From a virus: a DNA stretch of 64,000 nt. Made by a program: the position numbers and the translations under genes. Below, in pieces: positions 55,548-63,525 of the stretch. How positions within the stretch are numbered: position 1 is the stretch's first letter; every line of letters starts with the position of its first letter. Below the pieces are notes generated by a model, which was not told where the DNA came from, did no database searches, and saw nothing but the letters and a program-made list of their open reading frames with translations. The stretch spans positions 39,930-103,929 of the IMG/VR virus record IMGVR_UViG_3300043410_001007. One strand, 5' to 3'.

Positions 55548-55763
55548 ATGAACTCGGTCGATATGGCAAACGCCCTCATCCACAGAGCTAAAAATCTACA
55601 GGAATTTACAGTAGAGGTTGAAGTACCGGAAGACTTTAGATTCAACGGATTGATTCCGTTCGATATGACTATCAACGAGGGTATGATATCGGCAAAAGTA
55701 TTTGCCTTAGACTTTGATGAGGCAGTCAAACGACTCGATGACTTCTTAGAAGGTCAGAAATAA
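55548..55763 (+). CDS. Hypothetical protein
   Basis: Start reassigned to the ATG just after the upstream stop. Confidence 0.55.
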   Translation: MNSVDMANALIHRAKNLQEFTVEVEVPEDFRFNGLIPFDMTINEGMISAKVFALDFDEAVKRLDDFLEGQK

Positions 55764-55764
55764 T

Positions 55765-55787
55765 AAAGGGGCTTACGAGCCCCTTTT
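55765..55787. terminator. Bidirectional intrinsic terminator
   Basis: AAAGGGGCT-tacg-AGCCCCTTTT between convergent genes. Confidence 0.88.
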
Positions 55788-55788
55788 C

Positions 55789-56253
55789 TTATAGCTTCTG
55801 ATACATCACATGATACTGTGGTAACAATCCCATCTTCTTAGCACTAGCTAAACGCACGGTATTATCAACATGGACAACACTTTGAATACTAGTACACTTG
55901 AGTGACTTGCCAATATGCTCTATGTAATGATGCATTAGTGTGTACAAACCTCTGCCTCTTGCTTCTGGCGCAACAGCACTAAGAGTAATCCAAATCATCT
56001 GCTTCTCTACATTGTGTAGATAGACGATATGACCTAGAATAGTACCATCTAACTCAGTAGCATAAACAGCACCGTGAGTGTCTTCCCAAGTCGTAGTAGG
56101 ATTACTGTGACCATTGTCAATTAGGTCAGCCATTTGTCTCAGAAAGAACGAGTACATCTCACTTCCACCAATCTTCGCCACAGTTTTCACTAGTATTGAG
56201 CGGCCGTGTTTATCTTTTTCATCTGTTACGCTGGTTGGTTGTACTGTAATCAT
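55789..56253 (-). CDS. GNAT acetyltransferase
   Basis: LSAVAPEARGRGLY (motif A), VHVDN...KKMG. Confidence 0.85.
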   Translation of the reverse strand: MITVQPTSVTDEKDKHGRSILVKTVAKIGGSEMYSFFLRQMADLIDNGHSNPTTTWEDTHGAVYATELDGTILGHIVYLHNVEKQMIWITLSAVAPEARGRGLYTLMHHYIEHIGKSLKCTSIQSVVHVDNTVRLASAKKMGLLPQYHVMYQKL

Positions 56254-56268
56254 ACAGCTATTTAGATA

Positions 56269-56400
56269 TTATCTCATGTAGTATGAAAATTCACCAAGAG
56301 CCTTGTTATATGATTCGCTAGGAAATAGAAATGGCAGAGAGATAAAACTTATAGCGCATATGATTACTAATGCGATTGAATATAACTCTCGCCACTTCAT
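56269..56400 (-). CDS. 43-aa single-pass membrane peptide (not in ORF track)
   Basis: MKWRELYSIALVIICAISFISLPFLFPSESYNKALGEFSYYMR, ATGA-coupled to the oxygenase. Confidence 0.6.
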   Translation of the reverse strand: MKWRELYSIALVIICAISFISLPFLFPSESYNKALGEFSYYMR

Positions 56401-56990
56401 TTGAACTTTTCCGGTAGGGCATTGAAACTTACTTGAAAGTTAGTTCGTCTACTAGTTACATTCTCGACACTGTGGATTACCTGTGTATTCAGAATATACC
56501 AACAGTTATGTGGTCCCTGAATCTTGTCTAGTAGTTTCAAGTGACTACTACGTTCAACTGCTAGTCCACGCTCACGTAATACAGGATGGCCATCTTCTTG
56601 CCAGAAACTCAATGTAGCATCAGGGCCACCAGTTTCGATGTTGTATAGTAATACGAACTCTCTGGTAGTATCAGTGTGTGGTAGTTGCTCTTTATCAAAG
56701 AACATCACGCCGCTATTGTTTTCTTCAAAAGTATCGATGATGTTCTCTCTGACCCACTGAGTGTATTCATCATTGAAACGATATCTAATGTTCTGGTTAC
56801 TAGCCATTGGTTTGATCCAGTTGTATGTCTGGTCTTGCCAATCGTCAGTCTTATCGATAGATAGATAATCTAGATTGTCGGATTTGAATAGACCTAAATC
56901 TGGACGATATACTCGGTCAATCTTATCGATTAACTCTGCTGGTGGACTAGGTAAGTCCAGAACTTTATAATACCATTCCATGACGTTCAC
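56397..56990 (-). CDS. Cupin/2OG-Fe(II) oxygenase-like protein
   Basis: LPHTD (HxD)...LLYNIETGG...IHSVEN...RTNFQVSF. Confidence 0.7.
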   Translation of the reverse strand: MNVMEWYYKVLDLPSPPAELIDKIDRVYRPDLGLFKSDNLDYLSIDKTDDWQDQTYNWIKPMASNQNIRYRFNDEYTQWVRENIIDTFEENNSGVMFFDKEQLPHTDTTREFVLLYNIETGGPDATLSFWQEDGHPVLRERGLAVERSSHLKLLDKIQGPHNCWYILNTQVIHSVENVTSRRTNFQVSFNALPEKFK

Positions 56991-57898
56991 TTCATTGTTT
57001 TCTTAGCAACTTCACTTACTTCTTCCCAGTGTTTTGCCTGCTCATTGTACCAAGCGTCTAGCTTGTTCGTAGGTACATCTAGTGGAGAGCCGAAATCAAC
57101 TTGGTAAGTATTGAGTACGGCATCAGTTCTTGATGCTTTATAAAGAATGTTTCTAAGCTCAGTGAATTTTTCTTCTGGCATAGAACGTGGTGCTACTAGG
57201 TGATTAGGGTTGCTCATCTTGGTAAACACTTGTGGGAAGCCACTACTTACATAAGTTGGCCGACCATTTACTGACTTAGATCCTGTGATGCCTAGAATAG
57301 TTACTTTCTTGCCATCTTCACCATTGACCCACTTCTCTTGTTCGCCCATGAAGCCGATACTAATATCTAAGTTACCTGATAACATTGACATTAGAGCATC
57401 AGTAGTTGATTTGAATGGAACAATAGTAGCATTAGGATACTTGGTCATAATCTGTACTGATGATAGATGACTTACTACGCCTAAACCACTAACGCCGATG
57501 TTGATAGGAGCGTTAGTTGGAATTTCTTTCCATGATTTGTACTTCACACTAGCAGCCGACATAGGAGCAGAAGTCTGTGGTAGTAGTTCTCTGAAGTCAG
57601 AGATTTTGTGACTTTCGTTAGGGAAGAAATTAGGGCGAACAAAGAAAGCACCACTGGTAGCTAAGATAGTGTTTGGTGTATTTGCTACATGACGACTAGC
57701 GATACTACCACCAGCACCTGGTTTAGCATCGAATACAAATGTGTATTTGTCTTGTGCTTTGTTTGCTTCTTCTACGAGTACACGACTGTAGTTTGCCATC
57801 GTATCACTGACACTAAACGCATACACAACTGTGATAGTTTCGCCAGCATGGGCTAGTGCGCCAAGTGATAGTAGAATAGAGAGTAATAGTTTTTTCAT
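56987..57898 (-). CDS. Bug/TctC tripartite tricarboxylate transporter substrate-binding protein
   Basis: Signal peptide, KPGAGGSIA, GVSGLGVVSHL, IVPFKS. Confidence 0.85.
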   Translation of the reverse strand: MKKLLLSILLSLGALAHAGETITVVYAFSVSDTMANYSRVLVEEANKAQDKYTFVFDAKPGAGGSIASRHVANTPNTILATSGAFFVRPNFFPNESHKISDFRELLPQTSAPMSAASVKYKSWKEIPTNAPINIGVSGLGVVSHLSSVQIMTKYPNATIVPFKSTTDALMSMLSGNLDISIGFMGEQEKWVNGEDGKKVTILGITGSKSVNGRPTYVSSGFPQVFTKMSNPNHLVAPRSMPEEKFTELRNILYKASRTDAVLNTYQVDFGSPLDVPTNKLDAWYNEQAKHWEEVSEVAKKTMK

Positions 57899-57914
57899 GT
57901 TGAATCCTTGATTA

Positions 57915-57934
57915 TGTACATTGATTTATGTACA
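57915..57934. promoter_or_regulatory. Candidate operator palindrome
   Basis: TGTACAT-N6-ATGTACA between the luxR-like and tctC-like genes. Confidence 0.45.
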
Positions 57935-57962
57935 CTACACGCGGTCAACACTATACTTTCGT

Positions 57963-58640
57963 TTATCTGGTTACGTCTGTTTTGTTAGCGAGTGCTAGTT
58001 GTGTTCTGGTCTTCAAACCAAACTTACGAAGAATAATACTAACGTGGTTCTTTACAGCCTGCTCACTTATCTTTAGCGCACCCGCAATTTGTTTGTTTGA
58101 CATACCACGCTTGGCTACCATGTTGAAAATCTGTGACTGCCTGTCAGTGAGGGCAATAGAGTTCTTCTTTACTGTGTTTGTATCCTTGATACACACGGCC
58201 GGCCAATGAGCATCGCCTGCTACAAGTGTCTGATACGCAGTAATAGTATGCTTCTTATCAAAGAATCGCATTGCTGGTATGATACCTAGAACACAGTTTC
58301 TTTTTAGCTTGACTAGAGTATTCTTGTCTAATGCCCTATCAGAAACAACAGCAATATCTACGGTCTTCTTATTAGCAACGAACTTCACTAGTGATGATAG
58401 CATACTCAGCACTTCGTCCAGCATCATATGCTCACGCTCTAAGAAATCTAAACGAAATACGATTAGTAGTGACTGCTCTGGAGCTTCCAATAACTCGGTC
58501 ATCACTGATGACCAAGTGCCGCTTATTCTGATATCTATCTCTGCTTCCCTACGTAATACGTCCACCACCTCACTAATAGATGATAGTTCATCTATACTCG
58601 ATGGGTCAACAGTAGGGCGAAAGTAGATAACGGTAGACAT
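57963..58640 (-). CDS. LuxR/NarL-family HTH regulator with degenerate receiver-like N-terminus
   Basis: LTDRQSQIFNMVAKRGMSNKQIAGALKISEQAVKNHVSIILRKFGLKTRTQLA. Confidence 0.88.
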   Translation of the reverse strand: MSTVIYFRPTVDPSSIDELSSISEVVDVLRREAEIDIRISGTWSSVMTELLEAPEQSLLIVFRLDFLEREHMMLDEVLSMLSSLVKFVANKKTVDIAVVSDRALDKNTLVKLKRNCVLGIIPAMRFFDKKHTITAYQTLVAGDAHWPAVCIKDTNTVKKNSIALTDRQSQIFNMVAKRGMSNKQIAGALKISEQAVKNHVSIILRKFGLKTRTQLALANKTDVTR

Positions 58641-58667
58641 AAAAAAGCCTAGCGTTAGCTAGGCTTT
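58641..58667 (-). terminator. Terminator-like hairpin abutting the luxR start codon
   Basis: Minus strand AAAGCCTAGC-taac-GCTAGGCTTTTTT then ATG. Confidence 0.7.
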
Positions 58668-58688
58668 GTATTTAGAAGTCTTTGACTA

Positions 58689-59588
58689 TCAGTTAATTTT
58701 TACTTTGCTTGCTAATGACTTCCAGTAAGCAGTACTAGTAGTGAAGAACTTGTCTAGGCCGGCTTCGTTAATGTTAGCTGGTTCACAGTAGTCAACAGCA
58801 TAAGCGGCACGTACACTATCAGTCTTAGCAGCCTTAGCGAAGATTTCATAGAACTCCCGGCGCTTTGCACTATCAACTGTATCTGGTAGTAAGAGGTGAT
58901 GACCAACGTTCATCTGTGCGAATGTCCCTGGGAAACCTTCACTCACCAGTGTTGGGTAACCGTTTACACGTTTGGTGCCTGTAATGCCTAGTACGTTTAC
59001 TTGTCGACCTTTGTTGTCTTTAGCCCACTGCTCAGCTTCCGAGATGAATCCGATGTGGAAGTCTGTCTGACCACTGACCATACTCAACATACTGTCGTTA
59101 GTTGATTTGAATGGAACAATGTTCATGTTCTTGTACTTCTCTTTTAGTTCAAGTGCTGCCAAATGTGTGGTAACACCTAGGCCACTAATACCGACGCTAG
59201 CGTCCTGTGGTACTTCCTGCCATGACTTGTACTTGACGCTAGTAACTGCCATAGGAGCAGTACAGTGTACATACTGTTCACGCATCTTAGTCAAGTCGTA
59301 ACTCTCGTTAGGGAATACAACTGGACGAACGAAGAACGCAGTAGAGTGAGCAAGAATAGAATTTGGTGTATTCAGAACATGATTTACTGCGATAGCGCCG
59401 CCAGCACCTGGCTTAGTATCAAAGATAAAGTTGTATTTGTTTTGAATTTTGTTTGCTTCGTTAGCTAAAGTGCGGTGATAGTTAGCAACACTATCGCCTG
59501 GACCCCAAGCATAGAAGATTGTGATGTTTTCAGCCGCACTAGCACCGAATGCCATTGCCGCTAATAACAGAGCGAGTAGTTTTTTCAT
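58689..59588 (-). CDS. Second Bug/TctC substrate-binding protein
   Basis: Signal peptide, KPGAGGAIA, GISGLGVTTHL, IVPFKST; clear paralog of 56987. Confidence 0.85.
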   Translation of the reverse strand: MKKLLALLLAAMAFGASAAENITIFYAWGPGDSVANYHRTLANEANKIQNKYNFIFDTKPGAGGAIAVNHVLNTPNSILAHSTAFFVRPVVFPNESYDLTKMREQYVHCTAPMAVTSVKYKSWQEVPQDASVGISGLGVTTHLAALELKEKYKNMNIVPFKSTNDSMLSMVSGQTDFHIGFISEAEQWAKDNKGRQVNVLGITGTKRVNGYPTLVSEGFPGTFAQMNVGHHLLLPDTVDSAKRREFYEIFAKAAKTDSVRAAYAVDYCEPANINEAGLDKFFTTSTAYWKSLASKVKIN

Positions 59589-59644
59589 AGGATTTCCTTT
59601 GTAATGATGCTTTATTTACGCACTACAAAAGAGTCCAATAAATT

Positions 59645-60886
59645 TTACCAAGACCTTTTGTAATTTACAATCTTATTATGGAAGAATTCACGCACAAGCG
59701 GATCACCAACATACATCATTTCATAGTCACCGGTAAGTCCCAATCTACTTACCGGCAATTTTCCCTGGTCAACATTACTATTGTCTTGTGATATGGTGAT
59801 GTTATTCATACTATCAATTTTGATTTTGAAGTTACGGTACCAGTCATTCTTATCGACGCTCCAAATGTAATCTCTGGCAACATTTTTGTAACTAGAATGT
59901 GTTGATTGGATTTTTAGACCATTGTTGTTATTGACCATTGACCAACGTTGAAAATCTGTGCCACTGTACCAGTTCATAATAGTATCAATACATGTTCGCC
60001 ATTCAATACGATCATTGTAATAAAGAGCACCACGAACAGCACAATTTGAGTATTTGATGTTAAAAATTTCCCACCAGAAAAAATCATGTAAGGAATGTAC
60101 TGGTACACTAGCAGTCTTTACGTTGTGGTCCATCTTTTCATACATTAATCTACCAAATTCAGGATTAGATTCAATCTGTAGGTGACGAATAATGATTTCT
60201 TTGTAATTGCTGTAATGAACGTTACCATCTGAGATTTTGTATTTTAGCGGCGCCAATTTACTCCTAACTTCTGGACTCATCTCCTGTAGATAATAATCGT
60301 AATTTGCGTAAAGTTGTAGACCAAATACAGTACCGAAAATACCATCACCCTCATCAGCAGTAATAGGCACGTATCCCTGTTCTATGAGATCGTGATACTT
60401 GTTGATAGAACTATCTCTGATAACAAATTTGTCTACGATCTGAGTAGCCCAGAAGTAAGGATTTTCCATGATAGTATCGGCACTACTACACACGACCACG
60501 CTCTTTAATTCTTCTTTGGTGAGATTTCTAATAAGAGCGCACATAACAGCAGTACTATCAATGCCACCACTGTACATCATGGCAAATTTCTCACCGTTGC
60601 TGATACGTGCTTTTACTTCACACGCACGAGCGTCACTGACCTCTTCAAACGTCTTGTTGAAATTAGGGTCATAAGATGGCATTTCAAATCCTGGAATCAC
60701 ATCCTGTTCCCATGGCAATTCCCATACACCGTTTCTGGCAACAAATCGACACGGATTAAAACGTCTAGAAATATCGATAATAAATTTCCCATCAACACCA
60801 GCTGATGCGTAGACAGAATTCCAATAATTATTATTGTATCCGTTAAATGAAATGCTTGAAAATAATAATGGTTTTTCTAAGTTCAT
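59645..60886 (-). CDS. Asparagine-synthetase-like N-type ATP pyrophosphatase (no glutaminase domain)
   Basis: MYSGGIDST PP-loop; ITADEGDGIFG resembles the AsnB xGEGxDELFG motif. Confidence 0.7.
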   Translation of the reverse strand: MNLEKPLLFSSISFNGYNNNYWNSVYASAGVDGKFIIDISRRFNPCRFVARNGVWELPWEQDVIPGFEMPSYDPNFNKTFEEVSDARACEVKARISNGEKFAMMYSGGIDSTAVMCALIRNLTKEELKSVVVCSSADTIMENPYFWATQIVDKFVIRDSSINKYHDLIEQGYVPITADEGDGIFGTVFGLQLYANYDYYLQEMSPEVRSKLAPLKYKISDGNVHYSNYKEIIIRHLQIESNPEFGRLMYEKMDHNVKTASVPVHSLHDFFWWEIFNIKYSNCAVRGALYYNDRIEWRTCIDTIMNWYSGTDFQRWSMVNNNNGLKIQSTHSSYKNVARDYIWSVDKNDWYRNFKIKIDSMNNITISQDNSNVDQGKLPVSRLGLTGDYEMMYVGDPLVREFFHNKIVNYKRSW

Positions 60887-61650
60887 AATAATGATGTTGA
60901 GATTGTTACTGGCTTGAATTTTTTGTGTTCGTTAAGTTCATCTGGAAAACCTCTACCTAGATTACGATAGAACGATGTCATGAGAAATTCCTGCTCGGCA
61001 TGACATTCTTTCCAAATATCAATAATTCTTTGTTCTGCCTCTTCAATAGTATTACTGATGTACAAGGCATAACGAATATTAAAGAATACGCCCCTCTCAG
61101 CGTTACTACGATCATACATCCCGGTCAATGTTCCATCGACTGTTTCTGTTAATTTTTTAGGTATGTATTTGTCCATAAATGATTGGTTATCCATCCAATT
61201 GGCCATGGCGTCAGTAATTTTACATACATAAACCACATCTCTTACGTACTCAGCATATTCTTGGAGCCGTTCTAAGATTTCTATTTTTTCCGGAGTATTG
61301 TAATCTGGATTTGGTCCAACATTTTCAATTGGATTAGTATCGTATGGAATAAACATCAAACACGGCGTTTGACTGCGATTAACGATACTAACCGTTTGAA
61401 TAGTTTGATTTGTCTTATTAGTAATGGTATAGTCAAGGCAATTTTTTATATTCAGGTCAAACTTAATGGTATGTAATACATATGCTAAAGTTGGTAATTT
61501 ACTACTTAAAATCTCAGCAGTTTCTAAAGTTGCCCATACATCACTATCGTCTATCAAAATAAATCGATCCAATCCTGGAGCAAAAATACCATGAAGTCGT
61601 CTACGCATATAAGCATCACGATAAATGAATCCAACTTTTGTATTTTTCAT
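60883..61650 (-). CDS. Hypothetical protein
   Basis: ATGA-coupled to the ligase, AT-rich, AGGA SD before ATG 61650. Confidence 0.65.
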   Translation of the reverse strand: MKNTKVGFIYRDAYMRRRLHGIFAPGLDRFILIDDSDVWATLETAEILSSKLPTLAYVLHTIKFDLNIKNCLDYTITNKTNQTIQTVSIVNRSQTPCLMFIPYDTNPIENVGPNPDYNTPEKIEILERLQEYAEYVRDVVYVCKITDAMANWMDNQSFMDKYIPKKLTETVDGTLTGMYDRSNAERGVFFNIRYALYISNTIEEAEQRIIDIWKECHAEQEFLMTSFYRNLGRGFPDELNEHKKFKPVTISTSLL

Positions 61651-61686
61651 TGACAAATCCTGTAAATAGTGATATACTTATCACTA
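61650..61686. promoter_or_regulatory. Compact divergent promoter region with palindrome
   Basis: Plus-strand TTGACA-N17-TATACT, internal GTAAATA, and TAGTGATA-tact-TATCACTA (61667-61686). Confidence 0.7.
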
Positions 61687-61705
61687 AACAAGGACCAAGG
61701 AAAAA

Positions 61706-61978
61706 ATGCGATATCTAACTATTACCTACTTCCGTCAACCAGGCGGCCAGATTGACGAACAAGTTGCTTATACCAAACGCCTGAAAGACAATGATATACA
61801 GACCTGTAATGTTATTATGGACTATCTAGACAAACGGGTAGTCAAGTGTGTTATTGAAGGCAAGAGTATCGAGCGAACATTCGACCAACTTAATGAATAC
61901 TACCGCGATGTTTACCCATCACTTATCGAAAACCTGGAACGAGTCAATCGTGCCGAACCAAAAGAAACCAATGAATAA
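61706..61978 (+). CDS. Hypothetical phage protein
   Basis: AAGGA SD. Confidence 0.65.
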   Translation: MRYLTITYFRQPGGQIDEQVAYTKRLKDNDIQTCNVIMDYLDKRVVKCVIEGKSIERTFDQLNEYYRDVYPSLIENLERVNRAEPKETNE

Positions 61979-62552
61979 TTTAATCTTAGTAGACGCAGAC
62001 GGAGTACTCCTGAACTGGGAGTGGGCATTTGATACCTGGATGAACGAACACGGTCATCACAAACAAGATGGTTCACAATTCAAATACGATATCGGCAAAC
62101 GCTACGGCATCGATAGCGAAACTGGCAAGAAATTGATCAAGACATTCAATGAGTCGGCCGCCATTGGCTTTCTACCACCACTGCGTGATGCTATGTATTA
62201 TGTCAGACGCTTACACGAAGAACACGGCTATGTGTTCCACTGTATTACATCCCTGTCACTTGACAAGAACGCACAGAAGTTGCGTAGAATGAATCTAGAG
62301 AAGTTGTTCGGTGAAACAGTATTCGAAGAAATCATCTGCCTCGATACCGGCGCAGACAAAGACCAGGCATTACTGCCCTATAAAGATAGCGAGTGCTGGT
62401 GGGTTGAAGACAAGATTACAAACGCCGAAGTCGGCCGACAGCTTGGTCTTCGTTCTGTCATAGTTGAACATGGACACAACATGGACTACCAGGGTGATAT
62501 TCCTGTTGTAAAGAACTGGAAAGAAATCTACGAAATGATCGTAGGACAATAA
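61971..62552 (+). CDS. HAD-superfamily phosphatase (5'-nucleotidase-like)
   Basis: ILVDADGVL (DxD), CITS, DK, WVEDK. Start reassigned to ATG 61971. Confidence 0.8.
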   Translation: MNNLILVDADGVLLNWEWAFDTWMNEHGHHKQDGSQFKYDIGKRYGIDSETGKKLIKTFNESAAIGFLPPLRDAMYYVRRLHEEHGYVFHCITSLSLDKNAQKLRRMNLEKLFGETVFEEIICLDTGADKDQALLPYKDSECWWVEDKITNAEVGRQLGLRSVIVEHGHNMDYQGDIPVVKNWKEIYEMIVGQ

Positions 62553-62556
62553 AGAG

Positions 62557-62574
62557 AGGGACCCTAGGGTCCCT
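62557..62574. terminator. Hairpin between convergent genes
   Basis: AGGGACCC-ta-GGGTCCCT; no strong U-tract. Confidence 0.55.
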
Positions 62575-62579
62575 TGCTC

Positions 62580-63341
62580 TTACTTACTATAGGTTTTTAG
62601 TACGTGCTCGATAATGCTATGGCGCTGAACGTCACGACTATCAAACTTACAGAACTCGAACCCTGGAATAGGGCACTTGGCAATACGCTCCTCAAGGTCG
62701 ATTAGGCCATTGTCCTTGGTCTTGCGGTCGCCCTGCTCAACGTCACCTGTAATCACTACTTTACTGCCTACACCGATACGTGTAAGTAGCATCTTCATTT
62801 GTGAAGGTGTAGCATTCTGCATCTCGTCACTAATGATCCAGGCGTGTTTAAAAGTACGACCTCTCATGAACGCTAACGGTGCAATCTCTATGATTTGCTC
62901 GGCAATCATGTGCTCGATTTCTTTGACGTTATAGAATTCACGTAAGACGTCCAAGAGAGGCCGTGTCCATGGTTCCATCTTCTGGTTCAGGTCACCAGGT
63001 AGGAAACCGTGTTTCTCGTCATCGACGCCCACGGCAGGGCGAGTGAGAACAATGCGCTCACACTCCTTGTTTCGATAGGCCTGAATAGCGGCAAGCATGG
63101 CTAGGTAGGTCTTACCGGTACCTGCTGGGCCACTAACGGCTACAACGTCTGTATTAGGATCCTGTAGGGCTAGGATATACTGTTCTTGGTTGATTGTTTT
63201 GGGGACTAAGTTGACTGATTTTCTCTGTTTTTGTGGATTAAAGTTTATCGTATTGGATTCATAATTATTGTTTTGTGATTGGCTGCGTGATGGATAAAAT
63301 TCTTTTTCTTGGCGCTTAGCGCTGGATGATTTTCTTGACAA
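62580..63341 (-). CDS. phoH: PhoH-family ATPase
   Basis: GPAGTGKT, LTRPAV, GFLPG, AFMRGRTF, DEMQN, TGDVEQ. A TTG start at 63341 is suggested by the AGGGAG SD. Confidence 0.95.
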   Translation of the reverse strand: MSRKSSSAKRQEKEFYPSRSQSQNNNYESNTINFNPQKQRKSVNLVPKTINQEQYILALQDPNTDVVAVSGPAGTGKTYLAMLAAIQAYRNKECERIVLTRPAVGVDDEKHGFLPGDLNQKMEPWTRPLLDVLREFYNVKEIEHMIAEQIIEIAPLAFMRGRTFKHAWIISDEMQNATPSQMKMLLTRIGVGSKVVITGDVEQGDRKTKDNGLIDLEERIAKCPIPGFEFCKFDSRDVQRHSIIEHVLKTYSK

Positions 63342-63525
63342 CTTTAACTCCCTAATGTTAGTTGTGTGGTTCATTGAGACCTCCTCGTGAACACAAACTT
63401 ATTTACCGACCCAAGATTACTTACAGATACACTGTTATTTCTCGTGGATTTTTGATAAATATTAAGCTAACCAACACACTAATTGGCTTTTCTACTCTCC
63501 AGCAAGGAGTGATAAATACTTCATT

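Noticed and set aside
57963-58640. AHL-type quorum-sensing LuxR
   Set aside because: The N-terminal domain lacks recognisable autoinducer-binding residues and looks receiver-like; the GNAT lacks LuxI motifs.
56269-60886. Lasso peptide cluster
   Set aside because: An AsnB-like enzyme is present, but there is no recognisable B1/B2 protein and the 43-aa ORF looks like a TM peptide, not a lasso precursor.
63375-63525. tRNA or ncRNA in the phoH intergenic region
   Set aside because: No cloverleaf or T-loop motif; the region is explained by divergent TAAATA promoters.
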